From Thermoplasmata archaeon (GTDB lineage: Archaea; Thermoplasmatota; Thermoplasmata; Lutacidiplasmatales; UBA184): 64,000 nt of DNA. The translations under genes were made by a program, and so were the position numbers. The notes beneath the pieces were generated by a model, which saw nothing but the letters and a program-made list of their open reading frames with translations, was not told the DNA's origin and searched no databases. Below are positions 44,702 through 53,101 of this stretch, one piece after another (the first letter of the stretch is position 1; every line of letters begins with the position of its first letter). The stretch is taken from NCBI GenBank assembly GCA_052326485.1, contig JBKQMS010000009.1:8206-72205 (forward strand). Direction: 5' to 3'.

Positions 44702-44919
44702 GCGTGGCGATCCGTAAACCGTCCCTGCCCTCGCCCGAACCGCCGATCGAGATGCCTTCCTCTCGAGTCTTCCTCGGCCAAGGCGAGCCGCGAGGCTACG
44801 GGGTCCGACCGAAGCTGACCCCGGAAGCGGCCGCGGCGTTCGCCACCTACGTTGACCCGGCGCGGGCTCGCGCGGCGATGGAAGGCCGCACGCTCGTCTA
44901 CACGGTGCGCTGGGGCTGA
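44698..44919 (+). CDS. Candidate 73-aa ORF
   Basis: Reads MSVAIRKPSLPSPEPPIEMPSSRVFLGQGEPRGYGVRPKLTPEAAAAFATYVDPARARAAMEGRTLVYTVRWG. It is the 3' part of track ORF 44515..44919. No family recognised. Confidence 0.3.
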   Translation: MSVAIRKPSLPSPEPPIEMPSSRVFLGQGEPRGYGVRPKLTPEAAAAFATYVDPARARAAMEGRTLVYTVRWG

Positions 44920-44934
44920 GGCGCGACGCCTGCC

Positions 44935-45492
44935 TCAGGGCGGCTCTGTTTCTCGACCCTGCTCCCGCTCGGCGACGACGAACGGAGGCACGGGGCGGTG
45001 GCGCTTCGCGTCCTCCCGGGCTTCCTCGACCGCACGTTTCGATAGCGCATCGGCCACCGTGTTCTCCTCCCGGGGCACCCAGCGGAACTCGACTTTAGGA
45101 AACGAACGGGCGAGCTGGCCGAGCCAGTCATGGTAGGCCTTCAGGTGCTCCGCCCGGACCTCGTACTCGCCGTTCATCTGGCGGACCACGAGCTGGCTGT
45201 CCCCCTCCACAACGACCTCGCCGGCGTAGCCGATCGAGCGGAGCTGTTCGAGCGCCCGGATCGCGGCCACGTACTCGGCGACGTTGTTCGTGGAGTGCGG
45301 CGAGTACGGCCGGGTCGCGAGCCCGCACTCCTCGAAGTGGATCCCGGGACCCTCGATCACGAACCCCCATCCTGCGACGCCCCCACCGCCCGGAGGCTGG
45401 CACGACCCGTCGAAATGGACGCGCACGGGAGCGGACGCGTCCGGAAGGGCGATCCCACGGGGAATCACGGGGTCCACGTCCACGGTCCTCAC
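44935..45492 (-). CDS. rnhA: Ribonuclease HI (type 1)
   Basis: DEDD residues in context (HFDGS, NNVAEY, GDSQLV, NTVADALS). GTG45492 overlaps the upstream TGA (GTGA). Confidence 0.85.
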   Translation of the reverse strand: MRTVDVDPVIPRGIALPDASAPVRVHFDGSCQPPGGGGVAGWGFVIEGPGIHFEECGLATRPYSPHSTNNVAEYVAAIRALEQLRSIGYAGEVVVEGDSQLVVRQMNGEYEVRAEHLKAYHDWLGQLARSFPKVEFRWVPREENTVADALSKRAVEEAREDAKRHRPVPPFVVAEREQGRETEPP

Positions 45493-46004
45493 CGCCTCCG
45501 AGACGGGGGAACGTTCGGCCGACTGGTCGCGACGGGGCGGGCGAGCGTCGGACAGTTGCAGAACGCCTCCATCCGACCGCAGGTCGGACAGGTCACTCGG
45601 TCGTTCACCATTCCGAGAGGGCGCCCGCAGTTCCGGCAGTCGCGGGCCCGCGCGCATCGGGGACACTGGGCCAGGTCGGAGGTGATCACCGTTCGGCAGT
45701 ACCGGCAGTCCGCCGGCTGGTGCGGGTTGAAGAGCCTCCGGGCCCGGGGTTCGACCGGCGGAGCGCGGGTCGGACGCTCGAGCTCGGCATAGGGGTTCCC
45801 GAACGCCCCTCCGACCGTCGTGCGGGTCGGGTCCTGCGCGAGGGCTCCGAGCATCACGACCACGAGACCGACCGGGGCCACGAGGAACCCGAGCTCCTGC
45901 TCGATGTCGAGCTGCTCGGCGCCGGTGAACGCGATCGGGTAGGCGACGAGGGCGAACCCGAACCCGATCAGGCTGACCCCGATGAGAACGATCGACCGGT
46001 TCAT
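45489..46004 (-). CDS. Two-TM membrane protein with a C-terminal double zinc ribbon
   Basis: TM segments [22 protein letters not shown] and [16 protein letters not shown]. The C-terminus has CRYC-x10-CPRC-x5-CRNC-x12-CPTC. ATG46004 chosen. Confidence 0.65.
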   Translation of the reverse strand: MNRSIVLIGVSLIGFGFALVAYPIAFTGAEQLDIEQELGFLVAPVGLVVVMLGALAQDPTRTTVGGAFGNPYAELERPTRAPPVEPRARRLFNPHQPADCRYCRTVITSDLAQCPRCARARDCRNCGRPLGMVNDRVTCPTCGRMEAFCNCPTLARPVATSRPNVPPSRRR

Positions 46005-46114
46005 CCGACCTGCCGGCGGGCTCCTCCGGTCCTCGGAGCCTCGGACGGACGGACTTCCACTTAAACCGGATGGCTGGAGGTCTCGCTTTTCATCTCGACC
46101 GATGTCCCGCCGGT

Positions 46115-46585
46115 ATGGCACAACCGACGGCGACCCTCCGCACGACCCTCGGGGACATCCGCATCGAACTCTTCCGCGACCGCGCTCCCAAGACCGTCGA
46201 CAATTTCGTCTCGCTCGTCCGGAAGGGATTCTACAACGGGCTCGCCTTCCACCGCGTCATCCCCGGGTTCATGATCCAGGGCGGATGCCCGAAGGGCGAC
46301 GGGACGGGCGGCCCGGGATACACGATCCCCGACGAGTTCGATCCGACCCTCAAGCACGAAGGACCTGGGATCCTCTCGATGGCGAACGCCGGGCCCAACA
46401 CCGGCGGCAGCCAGTTCTTCATTACCCTCGCCGCGACCCCCTGGCTCGACCGCAAGCACGCCGTGTTCGGCAAGGTCCGTTCCGGCCAGGACGTGGTGGA
46501 GAAGATCGCGGCGGTCCCGCGGGACGGGAATGACCGGCCGCGGACGCCGGTGCGCATCGTCGAGGCGACGGTCGCGGGCGTATAG
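46115..46585 (+). CDS. Peptidyl-prolyl cis-trans isomerase (cyclophilin type)
   Basis: Pattern [34 protein letters not shown]. Confidence 0.9.
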   Translation: MAQPTATLRTTLGDIRIELFRDRAPKTVDNFVSLVRKGFYNGLAFHRVIPGFMIQGGCPKGDGTGGPGYTIPDEFDPTLKHEGPGILSMANAGPNTGGSQFFITLAATPWLDRKHAVFGKVRSGQDVVEKIAAVPRDGNDRPRTPVRIVEATVAGV

Positions 46586-46596
46586 CACCGACCCGG

Positions 46597-47097
46597 TCAC
46601 GCCGGGAAGTCGAACGGCAACCGCTCCTCGGGCGCACGGGCGTCTTCCACCGTGGTGAGGAGCCCGACGACGATCCCGATCACCGGGATGATCATCGCCA
46701 CCTCGAGGAACATCGAATAGCCCGCCGTGATGGACGCCGACCCGCCGGGGACGACGAACCGGTAGGGGGAGAGCCCGAGCGCATAGACGAGGTACAGGAG
46801 CGACACGAAGGACGCGGCGACCGACAGCGGCCCGTAGGCCCGCGTCGGTTTCGCGATGTACCGGGCGGTTCCGAGTGCGAGCAGCACGAGGCCCCAGACC
46901 AGCACCGCGGTGGTCGAGATCGGGAGAGCGATCCCCCGGGAATGGACGAAGGTGAGCGCGGCCACCGGGAGGGCCACGAGAAGGAAGAAGGACGGGATGA
47001 GACGCAGCGACGCGACGAGGATTCGGTAGCCGAGCGACGGAATGTGGTATCCGCTCGTCTCCCCCGAGACCACCGGGGCTCGGCTCGGGCCGCTCAC
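46597..47097 (-). CDS. Hypothetical four-TM membrane protein
   Basis: GTG47097 overlaps the upstream TGA (GTGA). Hydrophobic throughout. Confidence 0.6.
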   Translation of the reverse strand: MSGPSRAPVVSGETSGYHIPSLGYRILVASLRLIPSFFLLVALPVAALTFVHSRGIALPISTTAVLVWGLVLLALGTARYIAKPTRAYGPLSVAASFVSLLYLVYALGLSPYRFVVPGGSASITAGYSMFLEVAMIIPVIGIVVGLLTTVEDARAPEERLPFDFPA

Positions 47098-47918
47098 GGC
47101 AGCGCCTCCGGGGGAAGCGGGATCGCCCCGCCTCCGTTCGAGTACGTGGTCAGGAGCTCGCCCCCCGACAGGGGACACCCCGGGCTTAGGACGACGTTCT
47201 GGGTCTGGTCGTAGAACCCTCCTGAGGGGACGGCCAGCGAGAACGAGCCTCCGCCGCAGTCAGCGAAGTCCGACGACTCGAGCACGAACGTGAGCGTTCC
47301 GGAGTCTGGGGAAGCGGCGTGGTCCGCGAACGTCAGCGTGACGGGGACGATGAGGGTCCCGCCAGCGATCGAGGGAGTCCCGACGCTCGCCTGGAAGTCC
47401 TCGAAGGGGGCTCCCCAGAAGCGCGTCTCGGACAGGGAGACCGAGAGGGGGAACAGGTACGCGTACGTCGCGTTCCCCCAGGCGTTTACGCCGAGGTACT
47501 GGTCTTCCGTGAGCAGGGACTCCGCCGGGCCGGAGGCAGACACCGGTAGGTAGAGCGCGATCGGAAAGATCCCGGTCGTGGAGGGTGCGATCTCGGTCGG
47601 TCTCACGCCGAGCGTCCCGAGGAGGACCCCCGCTCCGTTCGTGACGCGAGCGGTCAGCGCGAACCCCTGGATCGGGTAGAGCCCGGGGTTCGAGAGCGTG
47701 AACGATCCGGTGATCTCCACCGTTCCGTTCGACGCGAACGACGCCGACAGCGAGCGGGACTGCGCGCTCGAGGTCGCGACCTCGACCGCCGAGTACGCCA
47801 CCGTCCCGGCGAAGATGATGAGGACGACCAGCACGATCGTACTGACCCAGCGCAGCGCTCGCGCGAGGCGATAGATCACGGGAGGTTGCCGATGCGTGGG
47901 AACGACCAGCGCGGCCAC
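47094..47918 (-). CDS. Hypothetical signal-anchored extracellular protein
   Basis: One TM segment (WVSTIVLVVLIIFAGTVAY) followed by a beta-rich domain with sequons. Codons between 47919 and 48038 have low third-position GC and contain a TATA-like box, so GTG47918 is preferred. Confidence 0.6.
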   Translation of the reverse strand: MAALVVPTHRQPPVIYRLARALRWVSTIVLVVLIIFAGTVAYSAVEVATSSAQSRSLSASFASNGTVEITGSFTLSNPGLYPIQGFALTARVTNGAGVLLGTLGVRPTEIAPSTTGIFPIALYLPVSASGPAESLLTEDQYLGVNAWGNATYAYLFPLSVSLSETRFWGAPFEDFQASVGTPSIAGGTLIVPVTLTFADHAASPDSGTLTFVLESSDFADCGGGSFSLAVPSGGFYDQTQNVVLSPGCPLSGGELLTTYSNGGGAIPLPPEALP

Positions 47919-48070
47919 TCGCGACCCCCCGCTGTTCAGACGCGCGGCTCCCCCTTGAAAACCTATCGAGCCCGACGAAAGGATGTTCTTCTCGCGCTTC
48001 CGAGCTCGGCGACACAAAGTAGATGTTCGAGAGGGCACGGTGAGCCCCTCGGGCCGAGGGACCTAGCGCG

Positions 48071-49924
48071 ATGGCCGAGGAACACCGCGACACGCTCCGG
48101 GAATGGGTCTCCGTGCCCGAGATGGGCTTCCCTCGCCTCTCCCCGCTGCGCGAGCACGTCGGCTTCCTGTGGGACCCCGACGGACGGGTCGAACTGTACA
48201 TCGTGGACGTGCGAGGGGGCCCACCGGTTCAGGTCACCCACGGCGAGCTACCCAAGTCCCCGTACCCGTTCGCTTGGTCTCCGGACGACCGGGCTATCGT
48301 ATTCTCCAAGGACCGGGACGGCAACGAGCTCCATGACCTGTTCCGGATCGACTGCGCGACCGGCTCCGTGACGCAGCTAACCCACGACCCGACGTGTCAG
48401 CGCATCGTGATCTCCTTCAGTCCCGACGGACGGTGGCTCCTCTACGTGTCCGACCAGGGCCGCCCGGGGGAGGAGCGGCAGCTCGACCTTTGGCGCATCC
48501 CCCCGAGCGGGGGCGAACCCGAACGCATCACGCACCACCGCCAGCCGGTGAACGCCTGGGCCTCCCGCTCCCTGTTCTCCCCGGACGGGACGCGGGTCGC
48601 CTACGCGGCGAGCGACCAGGACGACCCGCGGGATACCGAGGTGTTCCTGACCCGGCCGGAGTTCCGCGGGTCCGAGCGGGTTCTCTCCGTGAAGAAGGGC
48701 TCGAAGGAGATCCCCGTGACCTGGAGCCCGGACGGTCGATTTGTGGCCGTCCAATCCGACGCGGCCGATTTCGTTCGGACCGGACTGCTCGACGTCGTCT
48801 CCCACGACGTGCGGTGGCTCGGCCCCGGGACCGCCGACGAAACCCCCCTCGACTTCTCCCCCGACGGCCGGTCGTTCCTCGCGATCCGCTCCCACGGGGT
48901 CTCCGCCCAACCGGTCGTCTATGACCTCGCGACCGGCGGAGAACGCGTCGTCCCCGTCCACCTCGACTTCTGGGGGGAAGCGGGATTCCTGGCGGACGGC
49001 CGACGGGTCCTGTCGGTCCGGAACGAATCGAACCGACCTACCACGATCGTCACCTGGGATCCGGCCGGAGGCCCGATCGACGAGGTACTCCCCACGAACT
49101 ACGGTCCGATCCCCTCGGGCGACGTTGTCCCCTCCCAGGTGATCCGGTACCGCTCGTTCGACGGACGCGAGATCGAGGCAATCCTCTACCGTCCCCGAGC
49201 GCGGGCCGACGGGGGCCCGGCCCCCGCCGTCGTCGAGGTCCACGGCGGCCCGACCTGGCAATTCTTCGACGGGTTCGACGGCCTGACGCAGTACCTCGTC
49301 TCGCTCGGCTTCGTCGTCCTGAAACCGAACGTGCGGGGGAGCACCGGCTACGGGTCGAGCTTCCGGGACCTCAATCTCCGGGACCTCGGAGGCGGGGACC
49401 TCAAGGACGTGGCCGCCGCCGCGGAGTACCTTCGCCGCCAGCCGTACGTGGACCGCCATCGCCTCGGCATCTACGGCGTGAGCTACGGGGGCTACCTGAC
49501 CTACGCCGCCCTCACCTGGCAACCCGAGCTCTGGGCCACCGGGGTCGCGATCGCCGGGGTCACCGACTGGAAGCTCGGATACGAAGAGGAGATGCCGGAC
49601 CTACGCCACTACGACCTCGAGCTGATGGGAGATCCGGTCGAGAACGCGGCGCTCTGGCACGACCGAAGCCCGATCCACTTCGCGGAGCACGTGCGGGCTC
49701 CGATGCTAATGATCCACGGTCTCAACGACCCCCGATGCCCGGTGAGTCAGGCGCGGGTGTTCCGGGACGCCCTCCTCCGACTCGGGAGGAAAGAGGGACG
49801 AGACTTCGAGTACCTCGAGTTCTCCGACCAGGGCCACTTCAGCGCCGACCGCGAGCAGATCCTCCGAACGTTCCGTCCGGCGTTCTCCTTCCTCGAGCGG
49901 CACCTCCTCGGTCCTCCGAGGTGA
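48071..49924 (+). CDS. S9 family serine peptidase (prolyl oligopeptidase/acylaminoacyl-peptidase-like) with N-terminal beta-propeller
   Basis: Repeated SPDG propeller blades, nucleophile elbow GVSYGGYL, and a C-terminal D/H region (HGLNDPRC, GH). Confidence 0.9.
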   Translation: MAEEHRDTLREWVSVPEMGFPRLSPLREHVGFLWDPDGRVELYIVDVRGGPPVQVTHGELPKSPYPFAWSPDDRAIVFSKDRDGNELHDLFRIDCATGSVTQLTHDPTCQRIVISFSPDGRWLLYVSDQGRPGEERQLDLWRIPPSGGEPERITHHRQPVNAWASRSLFSPDGTRVAYAASDQDDPRDTEVFLTRPEFRGSERVLSVKKGSKEIPVTWSPDGRFVAVQSDAADFVRTGLLDVVSHDVRWLGPGTADETPLDFSPDGRSFLAIRSHGVSAQPVVYDLATGGERVVPVHLDFWGEAGFLADGRRVLSVRNESNRPTTIVTWDPAGGPIDEVLPTNYGPIPSGDVVPSQVIRYRSFDGREIEAILYRPRARADGGPAPAVVEVHGGPTWQFFDGFDGLTQYLVSLGFVVLKPNVRGSTGYGSSFRDLNLRDLGGGDLKDVAAAAEYLRRQPYVDRHRLGIYGVSYGGYLTYAALTWQPELWATGVAIAGVTDWKLGYEEEMPDLRHYDLELMGDPVENAALWHDRSPIHFAEHVRAPMLMIHGLNDPRCPVSQARVFRDALLRLGRKEGRDFEYLEFSDQGHFSADREQILRTFRPAFSFLERHLLGPPR

Positions 49925-49957
49925 GGGACGGATACCACCAGCGGTGACACAGACCTC

Positions 49958-50236
49958 ATGGCGCAGATCCCGCTCTGGGTGAAGGCCGGTAGCTCTACGG
50001 ATGCTCTCGCTTGGGACCCGTGGCGCCGGCGTTGGGTGGTCTCCTGCCGCGCCCCGCCCAAGGGCGGGAAGGCCAATCGCGCCGTGGCGCTCCTGATGGC
50101 GGACTGGCTCGGGTTGCCGAGCTCTTCGGTCGCCTGGTTGCAGGCAGGCTCCTCGCGCTCGAAGCTGCTGTCGGCCGATGGGATCACCGACGCCGAAGCG
50201 GATCGTCGGCTCCGTTCCCGCCCTAAGGCGGCCTGA
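49958..50236 (+). CDS. DUF167 (YggU-like) protein
   Basis: PPKGGKANRAVALLMADWLG and GSSRSKL match the DUF167 pattern. Confidence 0.8.
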   Translation: MAQIPLWVKAGSSTDALAWDPWRRRWVVSCRAPPKGGKANRAVALLMADWLGLPSSSVAWLQAGSSRSKLLSADGITDAEADRRLRSRPKAA

Positions 50237-50366
50237 CCCACGGTTTGGTTCGGCGACCGGAGTCCTTCGAGCGGTCGCAACCCTTGCGTCCGGGCCCCTG
50301 ACTCGAGGGGCGGCGCGGCCCGGAAGGGCCCGAGACGGTCAACGGCGATAGGTCGGCAATCCAGTA

Positions 50367-50663
50367 TCAGGGCTTCGATGGCGGGCCCTGACCCGGGGCC
50401 ATCCCGCTAGACTTGCTGGCGTCCGATCCGCTGCCCAAGCCCGGCATCATTGACATCATCTGGCCGAACGGGTGGCCGGTGATACCTGCGACCAATCGGT
50501 CCGTGCCCATGAAGAGCAGCGCGAGGGCGAGGAAGAAGATGAGCAGCCACACGGCCAGGAGCGGCTCGACCAGCACGATAAGGGCCAGCGCGATCGACAT
50601 CACTCCGACGATGACGGCCAGGGTGCGGTACCACATGGGGAGTTTCACTAACGATGCGGCCAT
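50367..50663 (-). CDS. Small two-TM membrane protein
   Basis: Hydrophobic segments TLAVIVGVMSIALALIVLV and LAVWLLIFFLALALLFMG with a G/S/P tail. Confidence 0.6.
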   Translation of the reverse strand: MAASLVKLPMWYRTLAVIVGVMSIALALIVLVEPLLAVWLLIFFLALALLFMGTDRLVAGITGHPFGQMMSMMPGLGSGSDASKSSGMAPGQGPPSKP

Positions 50664-50953
50664 AGATTCCTCGAGTGTGGAACGCCTTCTTGCACAAGTA
50701 ACTGTAGTCGGCCGCCCCCGTGCGGGTACCTGCGGCGTTGAGTCTTGAGAGTGGGGAGCGAACCCTCGCCTCAGGTATCACTCGTGCCCATTCACGGACA
50801 GCGCATGCCCTGCGCCCCGGCCAGAGGGTCGAGTGCACCTATGCCACCGGAACGAGCAAGGTGGTCGAGGCGAGAAGACCTTCCGGCCGCTCGGACGCTT
50901 TGGATTCCGGTCCTTCCCAAAAGGCGCGTGAGACGGCGCGAATCGGTTGGGCC

Positions 50954-51027
50954 AGCCACTGGAGGGACTTGAACCCCCGACCTGCTGATTACGAATCAGC
51001 CGCTCTGCCAAACTGAGCTACAGTGGC
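50954..51027 (-). tRNA. tRNA-Thr(CGT)
   Basis: 74-nt cloverleaf read by hand: GCCACTG-TA-GCTC-AGTTTGGCA-GAGC-G-GCTGA-TTCGTAA-TCAGC-AGGTC-GGGGG-TTCAAGT-CCCTC-CAGTGGC-T. Confidence 0.95.
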
Positions 51028-51054
51028 GTGAACGTACGGTCGATGGGAATCGCC

Positions 51055-51062
51055 CTATAATG
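51055..51062 (-). promoter_or_regulatory. TATA box for tRNA-Thr
   Basis: Minus strand reads CCATTATAGGG, ending 27 nt upstream of the tRNA 5' end. Confidence 0.5.
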
Positions 51063-51076
51063 GTGGCGGCAGAGGG

Positions 51077-52306
51077 TCACCGGAGCGAGTCGAGCGCCTC
51101 GGTCAGGTCGCGGACCAAGTCCTCGGGGTCCTCGATCCCGAACGAGAACCGAATGAGCCCGTCGTCGATCCCCCGGCGCTCCCGTTCCTCGGGAGAGAGG
51201 TGCCGGTGCGAAGTGAGGCTCGGCACGCTCGCGAGGCTGTCGACGCCCCCGAGGCTGGACGCCACGTGGACGAACCGTAGGCGTCGCAGGAACCGCTCGG
51301 CCATCGGCGCCCCACCGTTCAGGGAGACCGTGACCATGCCGCCCCTCCCGCGCATCTGGCGCGAGGCGATCGCTTCCTCCTCGGCGCTGGCCCGGCCAGG
51401 ATAGTAGACGCGCCGCACGAGGGGGTGGGCCGAGAGTGCCTCTGCGACCCGGTGTCCGTTCTCGTTGTGGCGAGCGACGCGCAGCGCGAGCGTCTTCAGG
51501 CTCCGTGCCAAAAGGTAGGCCGCGAACGGGTCGAGCGCGGAGCCGAAGTCCCCCTTGGTGTCGACCCGCGAGAGAAGGTCGTTCGGCCCGACGACCCCGC
51601 CCGCGACGAGGTCGCTGTGGCCGGCAAGGTACTTTGTGGCGCTGTGGAAGACGAGGTCCGCGCCGAGCGCGAGGGGGCTCTGATTGATGGGGGTCGCGAA
51701 CGTGTTGTCGACGACGAGGATCGCTCCGACCGCATCGGCGGCCTTCCCCCAGCGAGCGATGTCGTGGACGGTGAGCAGGGGGTTCGTGGGGCTCTCGAGG
51801 ACCGCGAGCCGTGTCTTGGAGGTGAGGAGCTTCTCGGGCTCCCGGGCCTCGCGCTCGCTCACGAACCGTACCGAGACCCCGAACCGAGGCAGGAGCTCGG
51901 AGAGGACGGTCAGGGTGCCCCCGTAGAGCACGTCGAGCGCGACCACCTCGTCCCCGGATTGGACGAGCGAGAGCAGTAGGCTCGTGAACGCCCCCATACC
52001 GGAGCCGAACAGGCGCGCCGCCTCCCCGCCCTCGAGCTGGCGGAGGAGCTCGGTCGGGACCTCCACCGTGGGGTTCCCGAGGCGGCTGTAGAGGTACACG
52101 CCCCCCCGGTCGGCCGCTTCGGAGAACCCCGACGGGAAGTGATAGGTGGTCGACTGGTAGATCGGCGGGACGACCGCTCCGGCGTTGTACTCGGGACGGC
52201 GGGCCCCGTGGACGAGGCGGGTCGACGGGCCGACCCATTCGGGGACCGGGTCAAAGCGCGGACGCGGGCGAAGGCCGGGGTCCTGCGACTTCTCCGGGTC
52301 GGTCAC
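51077..52306 (-). CDS. PLP-dependent trans-sulfuration enzyme (cystathionine gamma-synthase/lyase family)
   Basis: Pattern PPIYQSTTY, SATKYLAGHSD (PLP lysine), SLGGVDSL. GTG52306 overlaps the upstream TGA (GTGA). Confidence 0.9.
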   Translation of the reverse strand: MTDPEKSQDPGLRPRPRFDPVPEWVGPSTRLVHGARRPEYNAGAVVPPIYQSTTYHFPSGFSEAADRGGVYLYSRLGNPTVEVPTELLRQLEGGEAARLFGSGMGAFTSLLLSLVQSGDEVVALDVLYGGTLTVLSELLPRFGVSVRFVSEREAREPEKLLTSKTRLAVLESPTNPLLTVHDIARWGKAADAVGAILVVDNTFATPINQSPLALGADLVFHSATKYLAGHSDLVAGGVVGPNDLLSRVDTKGDFGSALDPFAAYLLARSLKTLALRVARHNENGHRVAEALSAHPLVRRVYYPGRASAEEEAIASRQMRGRGGMVTVSLNGGAPMAERFLRRLRFVHVASSLGGVDSLASVPSLTSHRHLSPEERERRGIDDGLIRFSFGIEDPEDLVRDLTEALDSLR

Positions 52307-52842
52307 GTAAGGCTCCGACCGAGACCCCGCGTCGCCTGCTTCACGATCTTGAGACGGGCCGGCGCGCCGATCTCGTCGAGATAGGCGGCGACCGCCGTGG
52401 GCACGGCGTCCTTCCAACCGGGGCTCCCCTCCGCCAGCTGCTCGCGGATCCGGGCCCCCTCGAAGCGGTCCCGGTCAAAGAGGGGCGGGCTCTCGACCTC
52501 GTGGCCCGACCGCTCGAAGAGGAGCCGGGTCAGGGGGTTGTTCGTGTAGACCCGGTCGAACTTCGGCAGGAGTCCTTCCAGGTACGTCACCCAGAGGGCG
52601 TGGCGGGAGATGTCTGCGATCGGGAGGGCGAGGGTGTTCTCGACCTTCGCCTCGGCGAGGGCGCGGCCGATCATCTCGAGCCGCTCGCCCGCGGTGAACG
52701 GGTTCTCCCAGGTGTACGACGCCTCGGCGCTTCCGACCCCGATGAGGAGGGAGGCGGTCGGGCGGTCCGCCCGGATCTTGCGGACGACCTCGAGGTGACC
52801 CCGGTGGAACGGCTGGAAGCGACCGATGAGAAGGGCTCGCAC
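52303..52842 (-). CDS. nadM: Nicotinamide-nucleotide adenylyltransferase (archaeal type)
   Basis: GRFQPFHRGH nucleotidyltransferase motif and archaeal NMNAT length. GTG start. Confidence 0.9.
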   Translation of the reverse strand: MRALLIGRFQPFHRGHLEVVRKIRADRPTASLLIGVGSAEASYTWENPFTAGERLEMIGRALAEAKVENTLALPIADISRHALWVTYLEGLLPKFDRVYTNNPLTRLLFERSGHEVESPPLFDRDRFEGARIREQLAEGSPGWKDAVPTAVAAYLDEIGAPARLKIVKQATRGLGRSLT

Positions 52843-52855
52843 AGGTTCCTCGCAA

Positions 52856-53101
52856 TCACTCGGGGGTCAAATCCTCCACGTCGTCCAAGAACTCGTCGAT
52901 GTGCGGGCACCGGGCGGTCAGGTAGTGCCGGCAATGCGAGCAGTGACGGTCGTTCCAGGCGGTGGTCAGGTCGTCATTGAACTCATAGCACGGACGGTCG
53001 ACGAACCGGTCTTCCTCCTCGTCCTCCCCGGAGAGCGAGGGGGTCGGGAACGGTCGAGAGACCACCGGCCCGTGCGCCGGAACGCGGAACGTTCCTCTCA
53101 C
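52856..53101 (-). CDS. Candidate 81-aa acidic Cys/His-rich protein translationally coupled to lon
   Basis: GTG53101 overlaps the lon TGA (GTGA). Reads ...[56 protein letters not shown]. These are the last 81 codons of the otherwise spurious track ORF 52856..54214. Confidence 0.45.
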   Translation of the reverse strand: MRGTFRVPAHGPVVSRPFPTPSLSGEDEEEDRFVDRPCYEFNDDLTTAWNDRHCSHCRHYLTARCPHIDEFLDDVEDLTPE

